From the human T2T-CHM13v2.0 reference genome, Homo sapiens, in assembly GCF_009914755.1 (NCBI RefSeq), contig NC_060943.1: a stretch of DNA of 64,000 bases; one strand, 5' to 3'. The notes under the pieces are model-generated. The model saw nothing but the letters and a program-made list of their open reading frames with translations, ran no database searches and was not told the DNA's origin. Position 1 is the stretch's first letter, and each line of letters opens with the position of its first letter. The position numbers were made by a program, and so were the translations under genes. This document shows positions 12,300-28,010 of the stretch, piece by piece.

Positions 12300-13200
12300 C
12301 AGGGACCCACCTCATAAGAACGCCATGTGGTATCTATAAGCAGAACCCTACAGACACGTGAAGCAGCAGGAAAACGAGACTCCTAAGCCAGGGGGAAAAT
12401 GAGTCGGCACAAAGACGTGGGAAGCACAGAGATGCCGACTGAACAGACAGGGGCTTTGGGACAGCTACTGTGAACTTGGAATGCTCCAAGCCTAAAGGAA
12501 AACAGCTGAAGAGGAAGACGTACGGGTATCGTGAGAGAGCCACGAGGGGCTTCTGGAGCTGAGACACGGAGGATCGGAATGAAACGGCCACTAGGTGGAA
12601 GTCACAGCAGGCACCACAGAAGAAAAGGGCAGCGAACTTGAAGACAAAGCCACAGGAGCCACCTAGATGAATCCCACAGTAAGAAGCCTACAGGAAACGA
12701 ACACCACCTCGGTGACCTGCGGACGACAGCAGGGGATCCCACGTGCAAGTAACTGGAGTCCTGAGGGCAGGCGGGGGATCTGAGAAAAGAGTGGCCAGAG
12801 ATTCCCAAATGTAACAAATGCTATAAATCCACAGACCCAAGAAGCCTTGTCAACCCCCAGCAGGAAAACTACCAGGTCGTGGCGCATCATGAGCAAATCA
12901 GCACAGCCACAACAGTCGCCCCAAGTGCCGAGGTGCCGACACTGCACATCAGGAGCCAGCCCCGACACTGGGAGGGCATCTTCAAAGTGCTGAGGGAGAA
13001 ACACCGCCAGACCACAATTCCATGCCCAGTGAAAAGAGAAAGGGAAATAAAGATTCGCTCAAACAAATGCTGAGAGAATCTTCTGTCAGCATCTGGCCTG
13101 CACTGTGAGGAAGGTTCTAGAAGTTCTTCAGAAGGAGGGAGAGTGACCCTAAATGGACCTATGGATTTGCAGAGGATGACGCGGGCACAGTGAGCATGCA
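12300..13200 (+). mobile_element. Highly diverged L1 5'/ORF1-region remnant
   Basis: GAACTTGAAGACA, CTGGAGTCCTGAG, TTCCCAAAT...ACAGACCCAAGAAG and CATCTTCAAAGTGCTGAG resemble ancient L1 ORF1. Confidence 0.55.
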
Positions 13201-14479
13201 TGAATAGAAAAGGCTTTTTTCTTATGATGTTTCTGCAAAAGATCATTCAAGGCATAAATTACGGTAGTGAGGCTGGGGTTTTGAATGTGGGGTGCTAAAT
13301 AGATGGTGATGAGAACACAAGGACTGGGTGGGGGGGATGAGAAAAAACACAGAAAGCAGCTGGGGTGCAGTGCCCTGACAAGCCAATCAAGGGCCCAGGA
13401 GGTGAGTGTCGGCTGCAGACAGGCAGAGCCAGCTAGGTCCCTTCACGGTGGGACCAGCTGTCACCCTCTGTGCTCACCAGCCTGGCCTGGTGGGGACGCC
13501 TGACAGCATGTGGCCCACCACACCCTCTTCTGGCTGCTCCCTCCAGAGCCAACATGCGTGGTGTCATGGCCGAACCCTTGTCAGGGGGGCCAAGCGCCTC
13601 GTTACCTCATCTATGAAGCAGGACAGAGGGTCAGGAACAGACTGTAGCACAGGTGATTTCCCTGCTGCCTTAGAAGCTTTGGGGTTGGCCTCAGGCTGCA
13701 TTAATTAAATAACGGGGTAACTCAGTAGCACATGACACCTGCAGGGTACTGCCCATCTCACACCCAAGAACACCCAGCAGGGGAGAGCCATGCCTCAGGC
13801 CACCGCCTGCCCAGTCTCTGTAGACCCTCTGAGGGGTCATCACCCCCACAAGTCCTCTCAGGCCCTCGAGTGGCAAAAATCCAACTTTCATTACCCAGCA
13901 TGAGGTATGGAACTGGGAGCTCCTGAGATACAAAGTCACCCCCGCTGCTGTACTTCAGGCCAGGGCCCCAGGTGGGAGCTGGGGAGCCTGGTAGGGCCGC
14001 CACAGCTGGCCTGACACAGTCAGCAGGTCAGCTGGGTCTTCAAGGCCGGACAGGCAGGCACTGAGCTGTGCCGAGGCTGGTGCTCCCCAGACCCAACTGG
14101 ACTTCAGACCCTGACTCGGAGAACAGACCTCAACACAGCAGGGCAGTGATGCCTGCGCCCTGCGGTCACTTGGCCTGGGCGCCCACTGGGGCTACTGAAC
14201 ACAGACTGGGAGACTCCTGTAGGCAGCTCCCCCTCAATGAGGACACTCCTGTAAAGACAGCAATGCCTTTGGGAAAAGGGTCGAGGGTGCAGAGCCTGGG
14301 AGGCAGTGAGAGTCCTCAATGCTGAGACAGAGGAAAGGGTGAGGAGGAACCTCTCCAGGGCCAGAATCCCCTGATCCTCTCCCCTCCGGCAAAGAGCACT
14401 TCCGGGGATGAAGCAACAGGAAGTGGCTTACGAAATCCACCTCCAGGCCGAGTGACCAGTTTACAGGAAGTGTGGTGGG

Positions 14480-14657
14480 TGAATCTTCCCCAGGGCACGA
14501 GGCAATGTCTGGAGCCATTTCTGGTCCTCACCACTGAGGGCGGGGACAGTCCCCACCATCTGGCTCGGGGGAGGCCAGGGATGCTGCTCAGCACACTGCA
14601 GGCAACACAGAACCTCCTGCCCCAAATGTCAAGCAGTGCAGGGGCTGAGAAGCCCTG
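14480..14657 (+). mobile_element. MER20-like DNA transposon remnant
   Basis: GGCAATGTCTGGAG...GAGGCCAGGGATGCTGCT...CCCAAATGTCAA...GGCTGAGAAGCCCTG. Confidence 0.7.
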
Positions 14658-14763
14658 GGCTGACCCTGCCACGGGAAGCGACCATCAGAGCAGAAAGCAG
14701 AAAAATCTATGGGAAAAAAGACCTGCTCCCTTCAACAAATATAAAATATAAATGGAAAAGTTA

Positions 14764-15213
<450 letters not shown>

Positions 15214-15994
15214 CTACCAGCCTGGGGACAATGAGGCCCAAGGCAGCAGGTGCCAAGGCTGCCCCAAAGACACATGATCCTTCCCACCACCCTCCAGAAG
15301 CACCCACTCAGCAGAAGTGCCCACTCTCCCCAGGCAGCACGTTCTCCCTGCTGTCTACTGGGCAAGGCCTGCCACCCCACCCCTGATGCAGGAAATGACA
15401 GAAAGGAATGCATCTGTTCCTTCTTCAGAAGTCCATCTTGCTGACTCTCCCAAGCACCAGTGTCAGCACACACGTCCTGATCTTACAGAGCTGGGTCACC
15501 CTGCCAAGCCACGGCGTGTGGTCCAGCAGAGGGAAGGTGAAGTCCCGGGAAGAGCCCTGGACGGTGGCCTCCCCACAACAGGCCCCCCCTTTCCAGTAAA
15601 GCACAAATGATTGGGAAACGCTATTCAGGAATCCTCCTTGAGACTTCCTGGCAGGACTGGAGCAGGACATTGAGGCCACGGAGAGTTTAGACAGTGACTG
15701 AGTGGGGCTGTCTCCGTGAACTACAAAACAAAGGAAGATCTGCCCAGTGAGCTTGGTTGGCTCAGGGACGAGCTAGGGAACTTGGACAGACACATTGTGG
15801 ACCTCACTGGTTCCAGCCTAGGGAACCAGGTGGCCACGGTCAGGGCAGAGCAGAGGGCAGGACCCACGGCAGCTCCTCTGCCAGCCTGGGAGGACAGATG
15901 GTGTGTTCAGCAGGCCAGGTGGGCCTGTAAGAGCAGGAAAGGGACTCCAACTGGCTACAAGCCAAGTGTAATTCAGTGGCCGGCATAGCAAGTA

Positions 15995-16299
15995 TTTTTT
16001 TTCTTTCTTTCTTTTTGGAGATAAGCTCTCACTCTGTCACCCAGGCTGGAGTGCGGTGGTGTGAACACGGCTCACTGCAGCTTCGACCTTCTAGGCTCAG
16101 GTGATCCTCCTGCCTCAGCTCCCGAGTAGCTGGGACCACAGGCACACACCAACACACCTGGCTAATTTTTCTATTTTCTGTAGAGATAGGGTTTTGCCAT
16201 GTTGCCCAGGCTGGACTTGAACTCCTAGGTTCAAGCAACTCGACAGACTCAGCCTCCCAAAGTGCCAGGATTACAGGTGTGAGCCACCGCACCCAGCCC
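15995..16299 (-). mobile_element. AluJ-like
   Basis: Reverse-complement Alu. Confidence 0.85.
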
Positions 16300-16479
16300 G
16301 CAGCAGATATTTCTATCTGCATTCACGAAGGTGCATAGAAAGCTTATGGAAAAGGGTTTTTCAGAAATCTTGTAGACAAAAATATGCAGATTGCCCAAAA
16401 CTGTGGCCTCTACACGCTCCACGCACCTTGCTTGCTTTTCCCAGGACAGCACGCTGAGCAGGCCACCTTCCTTTCTGCC

Positions 16480-17671
16480 CAATTTCCTGCATCCCCACTT
16501 GGAGACTGACCCTCCCCGCACCCTCAGCAATCCTGGATCTGTTTTTTTGTCCCTATGGTTTTGCCTTTCCAGAAAGTCTTATCAATGGAATCACATAAGA
16601 TGAGTTTCCCGTGGTCCTTGCAACAACTGAGCATAAACTTGTGGCTTAAAACAATGGAAACTGGTTCTCTCACGGACTGGGGGCCAGAAGTCTGAAATCC
16701 AAGTGTTAGCAGGCTCCCTCCTTTTGGGGGCTCTAGGGGAGGACCTTTCCTGGCCTCTTCACCTGCTGCAGGCTCAGGCACTCCCTGGCTTGTGGCTGCA
16801 TCACCCTAATCTCTGCCCACTGGGGTCATGCAGCCTTCAAGTCCTCTTCTGTCTACATTAAATCTGTCCCTCTCTTACGAGGACACTTGTGATGACAAAC
16901 AGGGACCACCCAGATAATGCAGGGTAACCTCCCCATCTCAAGATCCTTAACCTAATCTCATCTGCAAAGTCCCTTTTTCCACAGAAGGTTACACTCACAG
17001 GTTCCTGGAATCTGCTGTGGCCATGATTCAGCCAACCACCTACTCAGCATGACGCCTTTGAGATCCATCCTGTGTGTTGCCCCGCAGTATAAATACGCCA
17101 CCTTCCCGTGCATCCATTTGCTGGATGAAGGACACAGGTTGTTTCCAGTCTGGAGAATTAATGAATCAAGCAGCTATAAATACTCATGGACAGGTTTTTC
17201 TGTGGACGTGTTTTCATTTCACTTGGTGAACACCCAGGAGCCCGACTGCTGGGTTACAGAGTAGGTGTACATTTAATTTAATATGAAACTGCCAGGCTGG
17301 CTCCCAAAGTTGCTGTACCATTTTGTACTGCCGCCGGCAGCGAATGAGAGTTCCTGTTGCTCCCCATCCACGTCAACATTTAGTGCTGTCAGCTTATTTA
17401 AAATGTCAGCCATTCTGGTAGGTGTGTGGTGCAGTGACAGCTCGTGGAGGTTCATGTTTGGGTTTCCCTGCTGATTAAGCATGTTGAGCATCTTTTTACA
17501 GGCTAATGTGCCATTCTTCTAGCTTCAGTGGTGAAGCTGTACAAATCTTTATCCCATTTTTAAAAATTGGGTCATTTTCTTACTAAGTTTTGAGGTTTTT
17601 TTTTTTATATACAAGAGCTTTATCAGATAAATTTTACATTTTACTCCTAGTCCATGGCTTGTCTTTTCATT

Positions 17672-17705
<34 letters not shown>

Positions 17706-18075
17706 AGGGTCTCGCCCTGTCACCTAGGCTGAAGTGCAGTGGTGTGATCTCAGCTCACTGCAACCTCCGCCTCCTGGGTTGAAGCAATTCTCCTGCCTCT
17801 GCCTCTGCCTCTGCCTCTGCCTCCCAAGTAGCTGGGACTACAGGTGCGTACTACCACACCCAGCTTATTTTTTTGTATTTTTAGTCGAGACGGGTTTTCA
17901 CCATGTTGGCCAGGCTGATCTCAAACTCCTGACCTCAAGTGATTTCGGCCTCCCAAAATGCTGGGATTACAGGCGTGAGCCACTGCGCCTGGACTGCCTT
18001 TCCATTCTCTTAACAGTATCTCTCAAAATACAGAAGTTCTTAATTTTGATGGAGTGGAATTTTTCAATTTTTTTC
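16480..18075 (-). mobile_element. Old L1M remnant interrupted by an MLT1-type LTR (~16605-17040) and an Alu (17674-17993)
   Basis: MLT1 motifs GGCTTAAAACAA, CAGAAGTCTGAAATC and CCCCATCTCAAGATCCTTAAC. L1 antisense motifs TTGTTTCCAGT and TTAAGCATGTTGAGCATCTTTT. Confidence 0.7.
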
Positions 18076-18124
18076 TTTTATGGGTGGGTCTTGATTTTGT
18101 GTCTTAGTTCCTCCCATCTTTTTG

Positions 18125-18128
18125 GTTT

Positions 18129-18160
<32 letters not shown>

Positions 18161-18440
18161 GCTGCTGTTGTTTTGAGACAGGGCCTCACTCTGTTGCCCA
18201 GGCAGTGGGCAGTGGCACTATCACAGCTCACTGCAGCCACAGTCTCCTGGGCTCAAGAATCCTCCCACCTTATCCCCAAGCAGCTGTGCCACCATGCCCA
18301 GCTACGTTGTTTTTTTAACTCTTTTGTAGAGGTGGGGGTCTCCCTGTGTTGCCCAGGCTGGTCTCAAACTCCTGGGCTCAAGCGATCCTCTCACCTCAAC
18401 TTCTCAAAGTGCTGGGATTATAAGCGTGAGCCATCACACT
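18125..18440 (-). mobile_element. Diverged AluJ
   Basis: Reverse-complement Alu with a GTT-expanded tail. Confidence 0.8.
18131..18171. repeat. (GTT)10 microsatellite in an Alu tail
   Basis: GTT x10 then GCT GCT GTT GTT, directly before an antisense Alu body. Confidence 0.9.
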
Positions 18441-18929
18441 CCCATCTTTTTTTTAAATAGCTCTATTTTAGGAAAATCCTCCAAACTGCCATTCTTTACC
18501 AACTCCCCTCTCCCCTCCCAAACTAGCAGCTCTGGGTAACTCCTGCCTACACCCGTGGCTGCCACAGCCCCCAGTGAAGGGTCTCTCAGATTCCTTTGTC
18601 TGCATGCACCCTGGGTCATGACCACAGATGCTCCCTGGATATTCCCCGGATGCCACCGCCCACCTGGCAGTTGCAGTGCAGGGTTTTTGGACACTATCCA
18701 GGTCCTTCTTCCAGAAGGCGCTCAGCAGGTGAGCAGAAAGTGGCCTGTGTCTCATGGGAAGCCCCTCAGATGTCTGTCCATTCCTGCGTCATAGCTGGGG
18801 GTGGGGGAGCTGCTTGGACTCCCTGTCCGTAGAAATCACAGCCAAATCACACGCAAGGACTCGTGGTACCACAGACGGCCAGCCTCCATCACTAACCCAC
18901 TCTCATCCTAAACTGCATGGGATCGGGTT

Positions 18930-19000
18930 CCGGTTGTTACAACTGAGGAAAATGAGGTACTGAGAGAGGACAGGGCTGCCCGAGGTCACAGCAGACCTCA
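18930..19000. mobile_element. MIR remnant (similar cores near 24110, 28200, 31490, 34670, 34985, 61630)
   Basis: GAGGAAAATGAGG...CCCGAGGTCACAG and CCTCAGTTTTCTCATCTGTAAAATGGG MIR core motifs. Confidence 0.6.
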
Positions 19001-19452
19001 TCCCAACCTCACAGGAAAACTGAGCCCTGGGGTCCCCATGAAGATTTCACAACTTATCCAACCTCACATGATCCCAGGGTAGCAGGATATGACAAACATT
19101 TACTACACAATTCTTCAAGTTACAGTGCTTCTATGTCCCTGAGCCCTGCTTCATCAGACAGACAGAAGTCTCCCTCCAAGGGAGGGACAAGCACCCTGCC
19201 TGCCCTGCCCACCCTGCCTGCACCTCCATGGGTCAATCTCCAGGCATGGCCCAGGCCTGCTTCCAGGACAGTGCATCTCAGAGCCATGCAACCCATGCCT
19301 GGCACAAGCCCTCCTGCCAACACCTTAACTTTGCCTTTCCCCCTTATTATTCCACCTTTTGCATCTGCCTTTCTTCAAACAGGGAAAGACGCTGTCGTAT
19401 GTGGGCACCTGCTGCACAAGTACACTCCATGGGCACCTGGGCCACAGTGTCA

Positions 19453-20030
<578 letters not shown>

Positions 20031-21070
20031 AAAACCGGCAAGGAAGCACATGAGGCTTCACAACCAATGCTCTTTTGCCTCCACCTGTGCTCCTCAAGAG
20101 GAGTGCAAGAGTTTGGTGGGGTTTTGTTTTTCTTTTTAATCATTCACTAAAACTCACCAACAACAGGTACTGGACCTAGGAATTTTGAACGGAAGGCCTT
20201 CGAGAAACTGCCCTCTCACCAAACCTGCCTTCTGCCCATGGTCTGCGGTGCCAGATAACAACTGCTTTCCCCCAGACAACAGTGACCATGATCTGATCAC
20301 ATCTGACAATGGAAGAAGCTAAGGGACTGACCTAGGTCACTGGGGTCCTCCAGGGCACAGCATGGGCCTCTCCTAGCCCTGGGTTCCTGACGTTTCTGAG
20401 GTGAATGAGAACGCTCTAGGGCCTGACATGGGCCATCCCCTCATCAGAGCCCAGGCCAGGCCTCTGTGGGGGTTGGGTCCCTGAGAATGCAGCTCTGCCT
20501 TGCCACTGTGCTTCCTGCTCAGGCAGCTAGGAGGTCCCAAACCCCATTCACCTCCATGGGACTATTTGGAGCCCAGCAGAAGCGGCCCATGGGCTCTCCT
20601 CTCCCCAGGAGGCCCCTCCAGGCCTCCATCTCAACTCCCCTGCAGACAAGGCCATGTGTGTGCCTTCGACCTGTCAGTCTGTAGGGCCACCTCACTTTTG
20701 GGCCTTCCAAGCTCAACTGCTATTAGAGCGCCTCCTCTCTGCCACACTCCCAAGGCCACCCGTCCTCAGCCTCACCACAGAGCAGACTGGCCCCTTCTGC
20801 CGAGCCCCAGTGCACCCAAGCTTTCCAGCTGCCTCCACCTCTCCCCTGAAAACAGCTAACACTCCACTATGGGAGCCCATCTCCTCCCAGGGCCAGGGAG
20901 ACCAGGGAGACCAGGGAGACCAGGTCTGGCCCCCAACTCTAAGGCTCATCTTAGAGGCGAGATTCAGGCCCAGCCCAGGGTGCCCCATGAGGCCTGGTGG
21001 TTGGAGGCAGAGGGTATCCCTTGCCCAAATTCGTGCCACATTCACAGTCACTGGGAAAGCTACGGGGATG

Positions 21071-21413
<343 letters not shown>

Positions 21414-23974
21414 TCACGAAGCCCCTCAGCCACTGTTTCTCCCTGAGAGCACAGCCACCCCCTGCTGACCTTGGCAGGAAGCAACAAGCCCCACAGCACA
21501 AACACCCCCAGGCTGCCCTGCAGAGGGGGCTCCACCTCGGGTGGGAGCCCTGCAACCTGGGAAGGAATCTGGGGAGGGGCTTCTGTGTGAAGCTTAGCTC
21601 AGGGCCCCAAGGGCGGTCAGTGTCAGGCACTGGCTCAACAGGGGCAGGAAGAGAGAGGCTGCTGAGCACCTCGTCCTCAGGCCACTCTGCCCCGTTTCTA
21701 ACAGTCTATGTACAACAGACCCACCCAAGATGTACTCTGTGACCCAGAGTGGGGGTGCGGTCCTGGGAGTGTCCACTGTGGATGTGACCCAGGTCAGAAG
21801 GAGATGGCAGCTTGCCAAGCTACCAAGGCACACACTCAGGACCCAGGAGGACCGTCCTTCCTCCTCCGGTGGTCGGCCACACTCACCAAGGCTGCCCCTG
21901 AGGCCCTCAGAGACCCAGGCGGTTCTGAGAAGGGAGCCTGTCTCTGAAGCAGAAACCACGCCCTTTCACGGGGCCCCTGTGTCACGTCAGCCGCCTGGAT
22001 GATTCACAGCTCCGCACCGGACTCGGCTCTTACCGCCTCATCTCATTGTCTGCTCACTGCAACCTCTGCAAAGCACCCAAACCCCTGTCCCAGAAGATAG
22101 GCAAAGATCACAGAAAAATAAGAGGATGCCAAGAGAATCTGGCACCCTTCAAGGCATGACCCGTGGTCCCCAGCCAGTACTCACTGCAAGGGTGCTCTTA
22201 GGTCCCCTTCCCAGTTTGAACCTGCAACCTGGGAGCTGCCACATCTGGACCTCAGGGATGTGACCTTGCCAGCCACAAAGGTTGGCATCGGGTCCTGCCT
22301 GCCACCTCACCCACATGCGCCTCTGCAGCCAACCAAAGCCTTCCAAGATGCTGGCCTCCACCGTCAGCTACATGCCATGCTGACACCTCCGATGCTTCCA
22401 CCACCACGCAGTGGGTAAATCCTAATCACTCAGGAACACAAAGAAGGCCCTGTGCGTGTAGACCCTGCTGCTCAGACCCCGCTACCCCCCACCAGGAGAC
22501 CCCCTGAGAAAGGAGTAACTGCTTCTGAGCCATTGCCCATATGGGCTGGCATTCCCCATAAAAACCCATTGAGGGCTCCAGAGGCTTCTGGGAACATCTG
22601 GACAATCCAACCACCCCAGAGAGTAGGGTCACCCCTCAAATGGGCAGGCCCAGTGAGGACAGAGCAAGCGTTACATATGTGTCCTGAGGTGGGCATCAAG
22701 GAGGTGCCACGAGAGCCAGGCCCCAGTCTTCCTTCGTGCTTGAGGAGCAGCTGGGTTTGGGGGACAGTTGCCCTCAGCATGGCCATAAACCACCTTGAGT
22801 GCTTAGGATGCGCACAGATCCCTGAATGTGCTGTCTCAGGAAAATCCTCCACCTTGCTGGGTCTGACAGAGGCAGCTGCATGAAACCAGCCCACTTTTAA
22901 CTTTAGAGACAGAACCTGATGTGGCCACGGCCAGGCTGCACTAGCCCCTCAGGGAGGCCCCAGGCCAGATAAGCACTGCCTGCATCTTCCACTGAGGAAC
23001 ATCTCTGGGACGAGGACCCGTGCAGCTGCCTGATGCTCAGGTTCATCACCAACAGCACCAAGTTGTTCCTCTGGAGAGAATGAATCAGTCCCTTCAGATC
23101 CTCATCCTCCTGAAAGTTGAGCACATGGCTTCTAACAGGCCCAGGTGCTTACCTTCGGAACAACGGGATCTTCTATTACCCAGAAAAACAAAGTAGAGCC
23201 TTCCCGGTACAATCTGTACTTTCAGAATCCGAACACTCAGGAGCTGTGCTCAGAACCTGGCTGGCAGGGCCTGCTCTGCCCCATCCAGCTGTGGTCCCAG
23301 CCACCAGACTCCAACCTACCCTGACAGGAGCCCTGTGCCTGCCGGCCCCACCTCACTCTGGCCACAACCAGGCTGGCAAGTGTCCACCGTGGTCTCTGCC
23401 CAGTAATAACCTCAGCAGTGTGGTATGGTGTGGACATCCTCACCTGGTGGGCCCATCCTGAGAAACATGCCTGAAGGCACCCGGCAGGTGAGCAGGGAGA
23501 GAGGTAGGTCCCAGCCCGCCTCTCCACCTGGGTCTTATCTCACAAAAGGATCGGCCCTGTTATTGGGTTAGGTCGTGGGTAAGCGTACACCAAGATCCGC
23601 CAACTGACTTCTTCCCAGAAAGATGCCCGTCCTTCAGAGCAAACGGCCTGACAAGAAATGTCACCAAACTGGACTCCTCCCCACCAGCAGCATAGAACCC
23701 AGAGCACAGCTCCCACAGAGCCAAAAGGAGACCACACAGCAGGAAGCACGTGGCACTGCCAAGCTGGATAGGAGCTGCAGAGGCAGCCTGTGACCAGCAG
23801 GGCATGTGCTGGCCAGGGCTGGCCCAGGGCAAGTCCCCAAACCTCAGAGTACCCAGGAGGCCCTGGGGCTCAGGATCCAGGGCTCTAGGGAGGGGCTGCA
23901 TGCTCCCAGCATCCACGGGGCGGGGGCTAGAACAGAACATGCTCTGCCAGGTGCTCAGCGCCCACACACCCTCA

Positions 23975-24108
23975 AAAGTCTGATCGCAGGGACCTTCTAT
24001 GGACCGGGCTGTGCATCTTGAGGGCCAACTTCAAGCAAAGGAAAGCCTGATCACAGGGACCTTCTATGGACAGGGCTGCGCATCTTGGGGGCCAACTTTA
24101 AGCAAAGG
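23975..24108. repeat. Tandem duplication, 2 x 67 bp
   Basis: 23975-24041 vs 24042-24108 align without gaps, with 6 substitutions. Confidence 0.9.
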
Positions 24109-26349
24109 AGGAGACTGAGGCTCAGGGAAGCCAGGTGCCTTGCTTAAGGCCACCAGCTCAGTAAGTGGCAGGGCTTGAGCTGAAACACAGGACTCTCCCA
24201 AAATGACGAGGCAATGGCACCCTGCTATGTCAGAATGTGTCTTTTCTCCTTCCAAACTGACAAACTGACTCTTCACAGGCGCAGGTCATGCGTCCTGGAC
24301 CGGCTGACCAGAGTCCTGAACTGAAGCTGTGCAGGCGCGGGTCCCTGCATCTGCAGACCGACTTCCGTCATCCCACCTGCAGGGGGTGTGGAGGAGCCTT
24401 GCCTGACAGCCGGAGGGAGCTGGAGTCTGAAATCTCAGCTGCTCTTTTTACAGAACGTTTTGTCACCTGCCTTCAAATAAAAGCGCCCAATTTCGGCTCA
24501 AGGTGACATGGATTGGGTATTTGCCTAGCAGCTGACACACACCAGAAAGCAGGAGACAGCAGGAGCTCTGCCAAGTGTGCTGTGGATCTAGGTCAGAACA
24601 TGGTGCAGGTGTGAGCGAGGGGGCGTCCTCCCAGGAACGCTAGCACAATTCCAGAAGTTTCAAGAGAATGCTGAAGTTCAGCCAGGTCAGACAACCACTT
24701 GACCGCGGACAGATTTAGAGAAAGTCATGCAGGCCTGGGCAGACCTCGGGCTGGCCGCCCCGGGTGCTCCCATCCCCCTCATGTTAGCCCCTGGTTCCCC
24801 CAACCACCACTCACTCCTGCTGGGACGTCAAGAGCCCCAGGTTCTTGGCTGCTGCCATCCAAGACCTGAGCCTCTCCCAGCCAGCTCTGGCACCTTCTCT
24901 AGTTTCCTCAGAGGGGAATCTTACCCAAGTATCTATTGGATCACTCCCTGCACACCCCAGCTGCCTGATAAGGCCGGCAGGCTTAGCCCTGCAGCCCCCA
25001 GCAGCCCACGCTGGCCCCTTCATGGTACTCACACTCAGTGCTGTGTGACCCCTGTGCCTACTGCAGTCTAGATCCTCCTGGGATCCACCTGGCCAACACC
25101 TCCCCCAAGGCGTCATCAGAGAGGCTTTCCAACTGTGAGGGCTCACTGGGGCCCCGGCCTCTGGCTGTGAGCATCTCACTGATTGGGGTGCGAGGTTGGT
25201 CTCTTCCCACCTAAAGGGGAGTTCCAGGAGGAGCAGTCCCTCCTGTTTCTGCTGACCCCTGGGGCTGATGGCCTAGCACTAGGACAACAGAATAAGGGCC
25301 CAGACGCGCACTGAGCAGAGATATGGAGCTGGCCCTGACCACGCTGTGGAGCCCGTGCTGGTCCCTCAAGCCTCCAGCCACCTGCACGCGGGGCCAGCCA
25401 GGCCAGGTGAGACACAGCCTTGCTTACACGCCAGCTGCGTCTGAGAGCAGAGAACCCTGCTGTCGCCTTCTCTCCTGGACGCAATCTAAAACAATCTCAA
25501 CTTACAAAAAACCTGCAAGAACAGTACAAAGAACAGCCATATTCTGTGACGTTTCTGCCACCTGCCCCTCCCCCCCACCCACGCCTATTATCCACATACT
25601 TAGATGTAGCAACACACTTGCTTCTTGAACCATTTGAGGGCCGGCTGGAGACTTTGCCACACTGTGCCCCTAAACGCAGCATGTTTCCTGAGAGTAAAAA
25701 TACTCTTCTGGGCCGACACAGCAGGGACCAGCTTCACATTTATTATTAATATGACACTTCAAGCCACCGTCTGTCTCCCAGGTCATTGCCTGACTTGGTG
25801 GTGACCTCACATTGTCCTCCCCGCAGCGGGAGCCCATGGGCAGTGGCACACTGCACTCAGCTGCCCTCATCAGCTGCCTCTAATCTGCAAGTTTCTTGGC
25901 CATTCTTCAACATTCAATGTTTTTGGGTAACATAGACCCCTCCTCACTTTCTTCATCAGAGTGTGCTGGATTTTGGGTCTGCTTGGTGTCTCCTGAGACC
26001 AAATGCATGGTATCTTCCCGGCCAAGAGCCACACAGTGACCACGGCCCTCGGAAGGCATCCCACCCTCATCAGCCGTGAGCTCTGACGGCCCAGACAGCG
26101 CTGCCCCGTGCCACAACCCTCCTCCCCTCAAATCTCCCAGCAGGTACCCACTGCACACCCGCAGCCCCAGGTGTAGTGCCTGCCATCTGCAGTTTGGCTA
26201 TGGTGGCCATAAAACCCTGGTTCTATCTCCACTGGCCTGGGGAGGAGCCCCCTCTCTCCCCGGTCTCACACATGCTCACCACCGGCAGCAGGTGACATTC
26301 TCACACATGCTCACCACCAGCAGCAGGATGGCTAGCATCACACATCAAT

Positions 26350-27368
<1,019 letters not shown>

Positions 27369-27689
27369 ACTCACAGGCTACCTTTTGCAAATGGCCTGGA
27401 GCACGACACTGCCCTTAAAGTCTTCATGTTCAGATTGTCCCAGGCTGGCTTTTTGTACTGGCTCCTGGCTCTTCCCCAACCTCCTCTGAGCCCCCACTGA
27501 GACCATGACACTAGGAGAGGATCCAGGCTCCACCCGGCCTGTTCTGGCCACACCATGGGGTTACCTACCTCTGTGAGGAGGCCACATTCGGTGACCTGGA
27601 AGCTTCCTCATCCGTCATGGTGACGCTGCTTACAGAGGTCTCCTGCACGGGACAGCTCCCCACTGCCCTATGTGCAAGGACGGCCATTC

Positions 27690-28010
27690 CTGCATGGCTC
27701 AGCCTAGGGGTGTCCTTGAATTTGAGTGGGATGAAGGAACATATCTGTTTTTCATAAACTAAAACGTAGCATTTCCTTCCATTTGAAACATAAGCAATAA
27801 GCTACAGTGGTATCAGCACTATCTGTGCCTCTGACGTGCTGTTAGTGCATCCAACGATGGCTGTGCTGCTATCTGGAAATGCCACTTCAGCTCACCACTA
27901 ATTATGGCAGTGAGACTCGCTACTCAATCTCATTATTAATGTGTTAAAAGAGTCAATCTGTTACTGGGTCACATATTTCTTTTGAGCGACTGATAACTCT
28001 CCTGACACAC
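27690..28010. mobile_element. Probable ancient DNA-transposon (hAT-Charlie-like) remnant
   Basis: AT-rich island with GCATTTCCTTCC...AATAAGCTACAGTGGTATCAGC; resemblance by eye only. Confidence 0.35.

Noticed and set aside
20893-20924. (CCAGGGAGA)3 repeat
   Set aside because: Too short to distinguish from ordinary slippage.
22903-23152. Exon-like segment EDEDLKGLIHSLQRNN... after acceptor CAACTTTCAG (exon start 23109), and an isolated strong donor AAG|GTAAGC at 23152
   Set aside because: The acceptor has no convincing downstream donor. The strong donor lies only 43 nt upstream of it and lacks a good acceptor of its own.
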